Assembly (NCBI GenBank): GCA_963677745.1
Contig: OY782391.1
Coordinates: 896,001-960,000, forward strand
Source: Candidatus Altimarinota bacterium
GTDB lineage: Bacteria > Patescibacteriota > Gracilibacteria > UBA1369
DNA: 64,000 bases
Reading direction: 5' to 3'
In this document: positions 39,480-49,005 of the stretch, in pieces
Position numbering within the stretch: position 1 is the first letter of the stretch
How the letters are laid out: the number at the start of each line of letters is the position of its first letter
Made by a program: the position numbers and the translations under genes
The notes under the pieces: model-generated
What the model was told of the DNA's origin: nothing
The model's database searches: none
What the model saw: the letters and a program-made list of their open reading frames with translations, nothing else

Positions 39480-41690
39480 TTGGCCAAATACCAAATCAGG
39501 GACCTGAAAAAGGTCAAACAAACCGAAAATATTGTTTTAAAAACTTCCGTTTCCCCGGCAGCCGCTGAAAAAAAATCCGCTGCCGCCGGGCAAAATGCCC
39601 GGGCTTCTTCCAGTATCAACCTCAAACCACGCGACAACCGGCTCCATCAGATCTGGCAGGCCAACAAAAATCTTCAGATCGACAGTGTCCGCTCTTTACG
39701 CCCTGCCCGGAAATTCATGCTGGTGCCCTCCGAAAAAATCTTCCGGCCGTCCGGAGAAAAATTCCGGCAGGCCATCAAGATATCTGCACTGGGACTGCTG
39801 ATTGTTTTGGGACTAAATCTTTTCAATGTACTGACGGCCGGCCTCCAGTTTAAATCCGTACTGGTATCTTCGGCCTCTTCCGGCTTCGACAATCTGATGT
39901 CCGGCGTGGACCGCGGGAAGAAAATGAGTCTCGGTGAAGCGGAACAGAATTTCAATTCAGCCCGTCAGGATTTTGAAAACGCCCTGGAAAAAATCTCCTT
40001 TCTAAAAACGTCCAACCTCTATTCCAGCGAAAAATACTCCAGTTCCCTGCAAAACCTGCTCAGTGCCGGGAAAGATATTTCTGAAGCCGGTACGCTTTTT
40101 TCCGCCTCAGCCAAAAACCTGCTGCTTTGGCCGGACCTGTTTCTGCAGACCAACCGCGATCTGGCTCTGGGCAAAAGTAAAAACGACTCCGCCGCGGCAA
40201 AAGGAAATTCCCTCACCGATTCACTTCAAAAGGATCTTGCCAATGTCCGGTCAGCCACGGACAAACTGTCAGCGGCCGCGGCTTATCTGGAAAACGTTGA
40301 TGACTCAGTCCTGCCGGCCGATTATCGCCGCTCTCTGCCCGAAATAAAAACCAGCCTGTCCACTTTGACGGCCTTTTTAAATGAACTTTCCGACAATTTC
40401 CCGGCCATCCTGGAACTTTTGGGAGATCGTTATCCGCACCGTTATCTGATTTTACTGCAGAACGATACCGAATCCCGTCCGACCGGGGGATTTATCGGCT
40501 CTTTACTGATTGTGGATGTCAACGACGGAGTGATCGAAAAAGCAGAATTTCATGATGTTTATCAGTATGACGGCCAGCTCAAAGAACAGATCGAGGCCCC
40601 CGAAGACATTGCCATGATAACCAAAGAGTGGCGCCTGAGGGACAGCAATTATTCCCCCGATTTTGCCCTCTCGGCCGAAAAAGCGGCCTGGTTCCTGCAG
40701 AAATCCAAGGGCCCGTCGGTTGATACCGTGATAGCCGTTAATCAAAGCGCCATCGCCGATCTGCTGGCCGAAATCGGCCCGATTGAGGTGAAGGGACTTC
40801 AGGCGAAACTGGACGCCAATAATTTTCAGTTCATGTTGAGTTATCTGATTGAGTCCAAATATTACGGAGCCGACCAGCCCAAAAAGATACTGGAAAATAC
40901 CATTCAGGCTTTCCAGCAAAAACTGATCTCCGGGTCCGATCCCAAAACTTTGTTACAGACTCTGGGGAAAGTAATCAAAGACCAGAAAATACTCTTCTAC
41001 TCGCGCGACGCCAAGATCCAAAAGATGTTTGAAAAACTGGGACTGACTCCGCATCAGGCGGTATTGGAACCGGACGAGGACTATTTGCAGGTACTGGCCA
41101 CTTCCATCGGCGGCAACAAAAGCGACCTCTACATTACCCAGAATCTGACCCATACTACTTTTATCGATCCGGCCGGCGCCCTCACCGACGAGTTGACCAT
41201 CACCAGGCGCCACAACTGGACGGGCGCCGAGCTCTACCGCTGGGAAAAAATCCTCAAGGATTTTGGCTTCGGAGCACTGCCCGACCATCTGCGTGAAATT
41301 CTTGGGCACGCCGCCAACAAAGCTTCCCTCAAGATCTATGTTCCCCTGGGCGCCGAACTGGAAAACGCCATCGGGATTGACCCGTCCGAAGTGCTGACCC
41401 GCCATGATGCCGAACTGCAGAAAACTTATTTCCTGTTGCAAATGTCAGTGGCTCCCGGCGAGGAAAAATCGTTTACCCTCCGCTATAAACTGCCCAATTC
41501 CCTGCAACTGTTTCCGGCTGCCCTCTACCGTTTTACCGCCCAGCGCCAGATCTCCATGTTTACCACCCAGCTTAAAAAAATACTGGTAGTGGCACCTTCC
41601 CTGACTTTGCTCAAAAATTCCCAGAATGCGCTGGAATACACCACCAAGTTGCACGACCGGTACCGGATGAGAGCGGTAGTGGTTAATTAA
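39480..41690 (+). CDS. DUF4012-domain protein
   Basis: RYLILLQNDTESRPTGGFIGS, LRDSNYSPDF, GGNKSD; start codon uncertain. Confidence 0.85.
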   Translation: MAKYQIRDLKKVKQTENIVLKTSVSPAAAEKKSAAAGQNARASSSINLKPRDNRLHQIWQANKNLQIDSVRSLRPARKFMLVPSEKIFRPSGEKFRQAIKISALGLLIVLGLNLFNVLTAGLQFKSVLVSSASSGFDNLMSGVDRGKKMSLGEAEQNFNSARQDFENALEKISFLKTSNLYSSEKYSSSLQNLLSAGKDISEAGTLFSASAKNLLLWPDLFLQTNRDLALGKSKNDSAAAKGNSLTDSLQKDLANVRSATDKLSAAAAYLENVDDSVLPADYRRSLPEIKTSLSTLTAFLNELSDNFPAILELLGDRYPHRYLILLQNDTESRPTGGFIGSLLIVDVNDGVIEKAEFHDVYQYDGQLKEQIEAPEDIAMITKEWRLRDSNYSPDFALSAEKAAWFLQKSKGPSVDTVIAVNQSAIADLLAEIGPIEVKGLQAKLDANNFQFMLSYLIESKYYGADQPKKILENTIQAFQQKLISGSDPKTLLQTLGKVIKDQKILFYSRDAKIQKMFEKLGLTPHQAVLEPDEDYLQVLATSIGGNKSDLYITQNLTHTTFIDPAGALTDELTITRRHNWTGAELYRWEKILKDFGFGALPDHLREILGHAANKASLKIYVPLGAELENAIGIDPSEVLTRHDAELQKTYFLLQMSVAPGEEKSFTLRYKLPNSLQLFPAALYRFTAQRQISMFTTQLKKILVVAPSLTLLKNSQNALEYTTKLHDRYRMRAVVVN

Positions 41691-42084
41691 ATTCCGCCAG
41701 TTTTATCCATTTAAGCTCCAGCCACAGCTTGATTTCCTCATGGCTCTGCACTCCGGCCGACGGCATTTTCAGCAGCAGAATTTCAATTTTACGGTCATGC
41801 AGCAGATTTTGGGCCAATGCAAAGGTCAGTTCGGCAAAAGTCTCGGCTCCGATATATCCGGTCTGTCCGTTTTTGTCTTCATTCATTACAAAAAACACCT
41901 CTGTTTGCTCTATCTGAAGGAAAAAATTGCGATGCACTTCCGGATAATCCCGCAGAAAATTGTCGCGCGCTATGGCTTTCGGATAATCCAGCACCTGGTA
42001 ATCTTTGGCTTCCCAGAAAGCTTTCCAGTATTCTGCTCGCTCCCGCAGTGAGGCGCTTCCGGCAATTACAATTGTTTGAGGCAT
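41683..42084 (-). CDS. Hypothetical protein (nucleoside deoxyribosyltransferase-like fold possible)
   Basis: IVIAGS, VMNEDK...GYIG..TFAELTFA pattern. Confidence 0.7.
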   Translation of the reverse strand: MPQTIVIAGSASLRERAEYWKAFWEAKDYQVLDYPKAIARDNFLRDYPEVHRNFFLQIEQTEVFFVMNEDKNGQTGYIGAETFAELTFALAQNLLHDRKIEILLLKMPSAGVQSHEEIKLWLELKWIKLAEFN

Positions 42085-42112
42085 TTAAATTTATTATTGC
42101 GCTTCACGCGTG

Positions 42113-44101
42113 CTAACAATTAACATCCCGGAACTTTTCGTTTTCGAAAAAGCCGGTGTATTTTCGCCCGAAACGGCTCCACAGCTCGGATTCTTCCAGT
42201 ACTACCATAATCGGCCGGCCATGGGGGCAGGTGGTGCGCCCCAGACGGGTTTTATTCAGCTGATCGATCAAAGCGGCAATTTCTTCGCGGCTTAACGGGT
42301 CACCGAATTTCACCGCCGAGCGACAGGCCAGAAAAGTGAGTGCCCGCTCTTTACGGCTGAATAAATCGCCTCTATGGGCCTTTAAATCGGCGGAAGTACC
42401 GGGACTGCCGTCACCGACCGTCCGCAGATCATCTATCAGACCAAACAATACTTTTTCCAGATTGGATTTGGTCAAAAAACTTGGAACTTCATTCACGGCA
42501 AAAGTATTTCCGCCAAAATGTTCCAGTTTCAGGCCGATTTCATCCAGCAGCGCTTTGTTGGCATCCAGAACTGCGGCGTCGGCAGGAGATAACTCGATGT
42601 TAATAGGCATCAGTAAAGGCTGTATCGCTTTTTCATCATTCTCGGCTTCCGACATCAGTTTATTGTAGCGGATCCGTTCATGGGCGGCATGCTGGTCGAT
42701 GATCACCAGATCGGCACCGCGCTGGCAGAGGATAAAACTGTTATTGAGTTGGCCCAGGGGAATCAGGTTGCTGTCCATCTCATTTTCCCCGCCGGTTTCC
42801 GGGTCGGACTGTTGAGTTATTTTTTGTCCGGGCATCACATACGGAGCAGTGCTGTCTGTCGCCCTCTGTCTGTTGATGTCCATACTTACCTGCACGGTTT
42901 CCTGTCGTGTCAGTGACTGGAACTGTAAACTCTCCGTTACAGGTTGTTTGAATGCGGCGAACTCCGGCGGCCTGGCCACATGATCATCAACCGCCGTCCC
43001 GACCGCTCCGGCAGCGGCACCGCTAAGCGTTCCCGCCTGTCTTTCCTGATAATAATTAAAATTATCGGCAGTCATTTTTGGCATCATTACCGCATTTTCC
43101 AGGGCCTTGGCACAGGACTGTGTCAGTACCCTGAAAACCTCTCTCTCGTCCTTGAATTTGACCTCGGTCTTCCGTGGATGACAATTGACGTCCACCATTG
43201 ACGGATCCAGCTCGAACAGGATCACAAAAACCGGATAGCGTTCCTTGGGCAGCAGCGAATGATAAGCCTGTTTAACCGCATAGGAAAGCACGTGGGAGGT
43301 GATCGGACGTCCGTTCACAAACAGATATTGCAGACTGCGGTTGGCCCGCGAAAGTTGGGGTTTGCCAATATATCCGCGTATGCCCAGATTGACCGCCCCG
43401 TTATAAATTTCAATCATTTCCTCTGCCATCAGATTGCCCAGCACTCCGCGAATACGCACCAGCAGGTTGTCGGTGGCCGGTACATCCAGCACCACTTTAC
43501 TTCGCCATTGCTCCTCCTCCGGCTTTTCTTCAATCAGTTTAAAAGCTATTCCCGGGGTGGCCAGCGCGGCATTGATCACCGAGTCCAGTACATTCTGATA
43601 TTCGGTCTGTTCCGATTTAAGAAATTTTAATCTGGCCGGTGTATTGAAGAATAGTTCCGCTACCGAAATTTCCGTACCGACGGGCATACCGACGGGGGAC
43701 TCCCTCAAAATTTTTCCGCCTTCCAGTACCAGTTCCGTCCCGCTTGAGTCTTCAGCCCTCCTGGTTCTTAAAGTAAGTCTGGAAACCGAAGCAATGCTGG
43801 CCAGGGCTTCCCCGCGGAATCCCATCGACCGGATGGCATTGAGGTCTTCCAGAGTCCTGATTTTGGAAGTGGCATGCCGCTCCAGTGACATCAAAGCATC
43901 TTCCGCCGACATTCCGCAACCGTCATCACTGATCCGCATCAAACCAACGCCTCCCTGCCGCACCGTTACGACAATTTTCCGGGCGCCGGCATCAATGGAA
44001 TTTTCCAGCAGCTCTTTAACCACCGAAGCGGGTCTTTCCACCACCTCCCCGGCAGCGATTTGATTGATTAGTTGTTCAGGCAGCAAGGCAATTTTGCCCA
44101 T
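42113..44101 (-). CDS. mutL: DNA mismatch repair protein MutL
   Basis: IAAGEVVERP, GFRGEAL, DQHAAHER, ACR, CPHGRP. Confidence 0.97.
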   Translation of the reverse strand: MGKIALLPEQLINQIAAGEVVERPASVVKELLENSIDAGARKIVVTVRQGGVGLMRISDDGCGMSAEDALMSLERHATSKIRTLEDLNAIRSMGFRGEALASIASVSRLTLRTRRAEDSSGTELVLEGGKILRESPVGMPVGTEISVAELFFNTPARLKFLKSEQTEYQNVLDSVINAALATPGIAFKLIEEKPEEEQWRSKVVLDVPATDNLLVRIRGVLGNLMAEEMIEIYNGAVNLGIRGYIGKPQLSRANRSLQYLFVNGRPITSHVLSYAVKQAYHSLLPKERYPVFVILFELDPSMVDVNCHPRKTEVKFKDEREVFRVLTQSCAKALENAVMMPKMTADNFNYYQERQAGTLSGAAAGAVGTAVDDHVARPPEFAAFKQPVTESLQFQSLTRQETVQVSMDINRQRATDSTAPYVMPGQKITQQSDPETGGENEMDSNLIPLGQLNNSFILCQRGADLVIIDQHAAHERIRYNKLMSEAENDEKAIQPLLMPINIELSPADAAVLDANKALLDEIGLKLEHFGGNTFAVNEVPSFLTKSNLEKVLFGLIDDLRTVGDGSPGTSADLKAHRGDLFSRKERALTFLACRSAVKFGDPLSREEIAALIDQLNKTRLGRTTCPHGRPIMVVLEESELWSRFGRKYTGFFENEKFRDVNC

Positions 44102-44118
44102 TTTATTTTTAAATAAAT

Positions 44119-46746
44119 TTATTCGTCCAAAGATTTTTTCAATTCGTGCAGGCGGTTCAGCGCTTCCAGAGGGGTTAACTGATCGAGGTCCAGATTGCGC
44201 AGTTTCTCCAGTCCGGCATGGCTTCGTGACGGCTGCTGCGTTGGCTGCTCCGCAGGCTGAAATATCGAATTGTTGGTCAACGGAATCCGCGCGGACACTC
44301 CGGTAAATTCAAAACTCTGTTGCCCGGTACCGATATTTTCCAGTTCCAGATCGGCCAGAATTTCTTTGGCCCGGGCAATCACAGCCTCCGGCAGACCGGC
44401 CAGCCGTGCCACTTCGATCCCGTAACTCCTGTCCACCCCGCCCGGCCCGACTTTGTACAAAAACACCAGACCGTTCCCCTCGGTTTCTTTGATCTTCACG
44501 CTGAAATTAGAGGCTCTCGGCAGAGTATCGGCCAGCTTGATCAACTCATGATAATGGCTGGCAAACAAGGTTTTAGCCTTCAGTTTTTCATGGATAAACT
44601 CCATCACGCCCCAGGCAATGCTGACGCCGTCAAAAGTGGAGGTGCCCCGGCCGATTTCATCCAGAATCAGCAAACTCCGTTCCGTGGCATGTTTTAAAAT
44701 AGTGGCGGTTTCCTCCATTTCCAGCCAGAAAGTACTTTGCCCTTTGACCAGATTATCCGATGCCCCGACCCGTGTAAAAATTCTGTCCACCAGGGGGATT
44801 TCCGCCCTGTCGGCAGGCACGTACATGCCCAGATGCGCCATCAGAACTATCAGCGCCGTCTGCCGCAGATAAGTGGATTTTCCGCCCATATTGGGGCCGG
44901 TAATTAAAAGCAGTCGTTGCTCCGCAGTCAGAACGGTATCGTTGGCTACAAAGCTGTCCTGGGAATTTAATTTTTCTATCACCGCATGCCGTCCGCCGCT
45001 TATTTCCAGGTTAAAACCGTCATGGACGCGCGGCCGCGTGTAGCGATTCTCCCAACCCGCCAGAGCCAGTGAAACCAGCACGTCCAGGTAAGCCGCCGCG
45101 GCCGCGCTCTGCTTAATCTCATCGGTTTTTTCCAGTACCAGCAGGCGTAGTTTTTCAAACAGCCGGAATTCCAGTTCCAGTATTTTTTCTTCGGCCGTCA
45201 GAACTTTTCCCTCATATTCTTTCAGCTCCGGGGTGGTGAAGCGTTCGGCGTTGGCCAGTGTCTGTTTGCGGGTATAATCCGCCGGTACCTGGGCCAGATT
45301 GGTATTGCTGATCTCAATATAATAACCGAACACCCGGTTATATCTGACCTTCAGCGAATTGATGCCGGTCCTGGCGATCTCGCGTGCCTGCAATGCCTGT
45401 ATATAACCTTTGCCTTCATGACTGATATTTCGCAATTCATCCAGTTCTGCGTTATATCCGGTGGAAATAATCCCACCCTCCCTCACTGAAAACGGAGCTT
45501 CCTCAACCACCGCCCGGCTCAACTCTCCGATCAGTTCCGGCAGCAAATTGATCCGGCTGCCGATTCCCGCAAACTGTGTCCCGCCCTCCTTCGACAGGGA
45601 ATCTTTCAGACCGGACAGGCCGTAAAAAGATGCGACCAGACCTCGTAAATCGCGTCCGTTGCCGCTGCCCAGATTAAGTCTGCCCAGCATCCGTTCAATA
45701 TCCAGCACTGATTTCAGCAGCAGCCGCCAGTCCAGAATTAATTGCTGTTTTTGCATCAGCAGATCAATCATGCTTTGCCGTTCCTGGATTGCTTCCAGAT
45801 CGGCCAAAGGTTCTATCAATATTTTTTTCATCAAACGGCCGCCGCTGCTGGTCACTGTCTTATCCAGTACCGACAATAATGAGCCTTCCGTTTTTTTCTC
45901 TCTCAGATTTTCCAGTATTTCCAGATTGCGGATGGTTGCTTCATCCAGGACCAGACGGGCTTCAGTCGCTTTTGTAAGCGTTTTTAAATGTCTCAAACTA
46001 GAACTGCCGACCTCCGCTTTTTGTGTTCCCGCCAGAAAGGTTAAGGCCAGTCCCATTGCCTTCTTTTCGGGAATTTTCAAACGCTGGCTGTCCAGTTCCA
46101 AAGTGCCGAAATGAATTTCCGCCTGATTTTCCCAGTCTTCCGGTAAACGCTCGGCGTGCCAGAAGGCATCCCGGTAAATTTTGCCGGTTTTTTCCAAAAA
46201 AGTTTTTTCTTCTCCTTCCGGAAAAATAATTTCCTTAGGTTTGAATTTCTGAAATTCTGCCAGCAGCAGCGTTTCATCGGCCAAAGTCTCCACTCTGAAT
46301 TCGCCGGTGCTGATTTCCACCATTGCCAGACCCCATTCCGCCCCGTCGGTCGCGACAGCCGCCAGATAATTGGAGGATCTTTCCTCCAGTACATTTTCAT
46401 CCAGGGTGGTTCCTGGGGTGACTATGCGGATTATTTCCCTCTTCACAATACCCGGCAGAGCCGGATCGCTTACTTGTTCACAAATGGCCACTTTTTTCCC
46501 GACCCTGGTCAGTTTAGCGATATAGTTGGCGGCCGCATGATAAGGTATCCCGCACATCGGGATTTTATTGTCACCTTTGTTGCGCGCGGTCAGTACTATT
46601 CCCAATATTTCGGAGGCCTCCAACGCATCCTGTCCAAACATTTCATAAAAATCACCCAACCGGAAAAATAGCACTGCGTCCGGCACCTGCTTTTTAATCT
46701 CATTGTATTGTCGCATCATCGGCGTCAGCTCGGCCACTTTCCTCAA
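44119..46746 (-). CDS. mutS: DNA mismatch repair protein MutS
   Basis: TPMMRQY, GDFYEMF, GPNMGGKST, DEIGRGTST, SYGIEVA. Confidence 0.97.
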   Translation of the reverse strand: MRKVAELTPMMRQYNEIKKQVPDAVLFFRLGDFYEMFGQDALEASEILGIVLTARNKGDNKIPMCGIPYHAAANYIAKLTRVGKKVAICEQVSDPALPGIVKREIIRIVTPGTTLDENVLEERSSNYLAAVATDGAEWGLAMVEISTGEFRVETLADETLLLAEFQKFKPKEIIFPEGEEKTFLEKTGKIYRDAFWHAERLPEDWENQAEIHFGTLELDSQRLKIPEKKAMGLALTFLAGTQKAEVGSSSLRHLKTLTKATEARLVLDEATIRNLEILENLREKKTEGSLLSVLDKTVTSSGGRLMKKILIEPLADLEAIQERQSMIDLLMQKQQLILDWRLLLKSVLDIERMLGRLNLGSGNGRDLRGLVASFYGLSGLKDSLSKEGGTQFAGIGSRINLLPELIGELSRAVVEEAPFSVREGGIISTGYNAELDELRNISHEGKGYIQALQAREIARTGINSLKVRYNRVFGYYIEISNTNLAQVPADYTRKQTLANAERFTTPELKEYEGKVLTAEEKILELEFRLFEKLRLLVLEKTDEIKQSAAAAAYLDVLVSLALAGWENRYTRPRVHDGFNLEISGGRHAVIEKLNSQDSFVANDTVLTAEQRLLLITGPNMGGKSTYLRQTALIVLMAHLGMYVPADRAEIPLVDRIFTRVGASDNLVKGQSTFWLEMEETATILKHATERSLLILDEIGRGTSTFDGVSIAWGVMEFIHEKLKAKTLFASHYHELIKLADTLPRASNFSVKIKETEGNGLVFLYKVGPGGVDRSYGIEVARLAGLPEAVIARAKEILADLELENIGTGQQSFEFTGVSARIPLTNNSIFQPAEQPTQQPSRSHAGLEKLRNLDLDQLTPLEALNRLHELKKSLDE

Positions 46747-46844
46747 ATTAGGATATACGCAAACGCATCATAGCAAATAAGCCCAAAAATCCTATTGCCG
46801 AAGCCTCTATTCAATTTCAAAAAATACACATCCCAATCTGTCAA

Positions 46845-47276
46845 TCACCAGCCAAATTCACTGTAACGGTTTCCCCGGGCAATATTTTCCAGAGCAAAAC
46901 GTATATAGGGAACGACATTTTGTGGCAGATCGGAGGTCTGGAACCATCTCAGATCGTCGCATTTATGGGGCTCCAGATTGCGCGGGGCGCGTTCCCATTC
47001 GCCGGCTTTCAGAAAAAAATCCACTCTCAGATCATTTGCCTTCCTGTGCATGATGTGCAGAACCTCCAGTTGGCTTTCGTCGATGACAATACCCGCCTCC
47101 TCATAAGCCTCTCTGGCCATCGCCGACTTTACCCGTTCGTCATTGTCGACGTGCCCGGCCACCACGCTGTATTTACCATCCTCATAGCCGGTATTGAACC
47201 GCCTGGAAAGAAGTATTTTCCCGTCATTTTCCAGTATCAGATGGACGGCCACCACTGCTTTTTGTCTTTGATTCAT
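46845..47276 (-). CDS. NUDIX hydrolase
   Basis: Nudix box GHVDNDE...AMAREAYEEAG. Confidence 0.92.
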   Translation of the reverse strand: MNQRQKAVVAVHLILENDGKILLSRRFNTGYEDGKYSVVAGHVDNDERVKSAMAREAYEEAGIVIDESQLEVLHIMHRKANDLRVDFFLKAGEWERAPRNLEPHKCDDLRWFQTSDLPQNVVPYIRFALENIARGNRYSEFGW

Positions 47277-47476
47277 AGCCAGGATCTGTTTATGTTTAAG
47301 CGTTTAACAGCCAGCTCCAGTTTCTGTATTCTCATTTCCCGCTCCATCTTTTGCAGCAGCAAGCGTGAATCTTCCAGTCCTTTGCGGAAATTATTGGTAT
47401 TAATGCGGATGATTAGATTTTTTTTGCCGGCGTTTCGGATGCTGCTGACCAGATTTTTTATTTGTAGTGGTGTCAT
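47273..47476 (-). CDS. Small basic hypothetical protein
   Basis: 67-aa ORF whose stop overlaps the NUDIX start (ATGA). Confidence 0.6.
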   Translation of the reverse strand: MTPLQIKNLVSSIRNAGKKNLIIRINTNNFRKGLEDSRLLLQKMEREMRIQKLELAVKRLNINRSWL

Positions 47477-47522
47477 ATTTTTTAGCGGTTAATTTAAATA
47501 AAATCTGTTTGCCGATAATTGG

Positions 47523-47678
47523 CTATTTGATGCGTGAAACTTTCCTCTGGAAAGCCGGTACGGAATAAGCGGCCAGGGTCTTGCGGGAAACATTCATCTG
47601 GCGCAGACGTGGACGGGGCATCGGCATTCTGTCGAACAGCCTGGCGGCAGGACTCTTTTTGATGATGATTGTTAACAT
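47523..47678 (-). CDS. Small basic hypothetical protein (51 aa, not in ORF track)
   Basis: MLTIIIKKSPAARLFDRMPMPRPRLRQMNVSRKTLAAYSVPAFQRKVSRIK, after an A/T-rich leader; fills the gap downstream of lexA. Confidence 0.45.
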   Translation of the reverse strand: MLTIIIKKSPAARLFDRMPMPRPRLRQMNVSRKTLAAYSVPAFQRKVSRIK

Positions 47679-47767
47679 GTTTTTGGAGTTTAAATAATAA
47701 ATTTTAATTACAACAAATACGCCTGATAAAAATCATTTTTGATACTCCTTCTTCTCAGAACAGGCTC

Positions 47768-48388
47768 CTATCTTTTGTAGTAGCGGAAAATTCCCGTTAC
47801 TACTCCCTGAACGCACAATTCGTTTTCAGGGTAAATGTCTTCATATTCCGGATTCTCCGGATGCAACACCACCCGACCTTCCTTTTCCCTATAGGTCTTA
47901 ATGGTACTTTGTCCATCCACCAGGGCGACTACTGTGTCTCCGATTCGCGGCACCAGATCCGAACAAACCACTGCGATGTCCCCCTCATGTATGCCGGCGT
48001 TAATCATACTGTTTCCCGTGACCTTCAACAGAAATGACTGTTTTCCGCCCAGGACAAAATCTTCCCCCACCGACATCCAGGTATCTATATGTTCTTCGCT
48101 GGCTACGGGATTACCGGCCGGGATTGTGCCCAGCAGCGGCAGTCGTAAAGCCCCTTTTTCCAGTCTCTCTTTGATATTGGAAAGCAGTTTAATGCCCCGG
48201 TGTCCCTCGTCTTTGACAATCTTTCCTTTTTCTTCCAGAGCCTTCAGTAATTTTAAAATGCTGTTGTCAGAACTGACTCCGAAATATTCCCTCATTTCGC
48301 GGATAGTGGGAGAGCCGCCGTTTTCCAGCTGGTACTGCTCGATGAAATTTAGTAAGGCCTCCTGTTTTTCGGTAAGTATATTTTCCAT
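47768..48388 (-). CDS. lexA: SOS repressor LexA
   Basis: LTEKQ...SPTIREM wHTH, IPAG cleavage site, VTGNSM serine, TIK lysine. Confidence 0.93.
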   Translation of the reverse strand: MENILTEKQEALLNFIEQYQLENGGSPTIREMREYFGVSSDNSILKLLKALEEKGKIVKDEGHRGIKLLSNIKERLEKGALRLPLLGTIPAGNPVASEEHIDTWMSVGEDFVLGGKQSFLLKVTGNSMINAGIHEGDIAVVCSDLVPRIGDTVVALVDGQSTIKTYREKEGRVVLHPENPEYEDIYPENELCVQGVVTGIFRYYKR

Positions 48389-48417
48389 TTATTTTTCTTG
48401 GGCTAACTTTCAAGCCA

Positions 48418-48446
48418 AGTATAGGTGAGTAAACACTCACCGTCAA
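48418..48446 (-). promoter_or_regulatory. lexA promoter with palindromic operator
   Basis: TTGACG-N17-TATACT; the spacer is filled by GGTGAGT-N4-ACTCACC (48424-48441). Confidence 0.8.
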
Positions 48447-48489
48447 TAGTTTTTTACCAGAATCGATGAAAATGAAGAAGGTAAGCCAA

Positions 48490-49005
48490 TTAGAAGGTTT
48501 CGAAAGTCCTTACTTTAATCAGCAGCCGGAGTGGTTTTACCAGAATATTTCCGGCAATCGCATTGTATTTTTGAACCTGTTGATTATAGGTTGTCTGGAT
48601 TTTATCGACTCTGTTTTCGGCCTCTTTTTTTTCTTTTTCCAGTGTCAGTAAAAGCATGTCTTTTTTGGTCTCGGACAGTTTCAGAACCTCCTTATTGAGA
48701 CTTTCAAATTTTTCCCAGAGACTATTTTCCAGTTCTTTTTTGGTTTTGCCGCATTCGTTAATCTGCATCGTCTGCTGACGCAGTTTGATGATTTCCCCAA
48801 ACCGGTCTCCTTCCAGATAGGCGGCCATCTTTCCCAGAAATTGCGGTATCAGATCGGATTTCCTGGTCATTTCAAAATACAGACGGTAAGAGAGTTTTTC
48901 GATCTGCGCCTGAAGGTTTTTTAGCTGCAGGATTATAAATACAGACGCGGCCAACAGCAGAATGACCAGGGTAATCAGCAGGTTGGAAAGTGGAGTAAAT
49001 TCCAT
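48490..49005 (-). CDS. LemA-family protein (divergent)
   Basis: N-terminal TM, RKSDLIPQ, ENRV...YNQQVQKYN. Confidence 0.75.
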   Translation of the reverse strand: MEFTPLSNLLITLVILLLAASVFIILQLKNLQAQIEKLSYRLYFEMTRKSDLIPQFLGKMAAYLEGDRFGEIIKLRQQTMQINECGKTKKELENSLWEKFESLNKEVLKLSETKKDMLLLTLEKEKKEAENRVDKIQTTYNQQVQKYNAIAGNILVKPLRLLIKVRTFETF

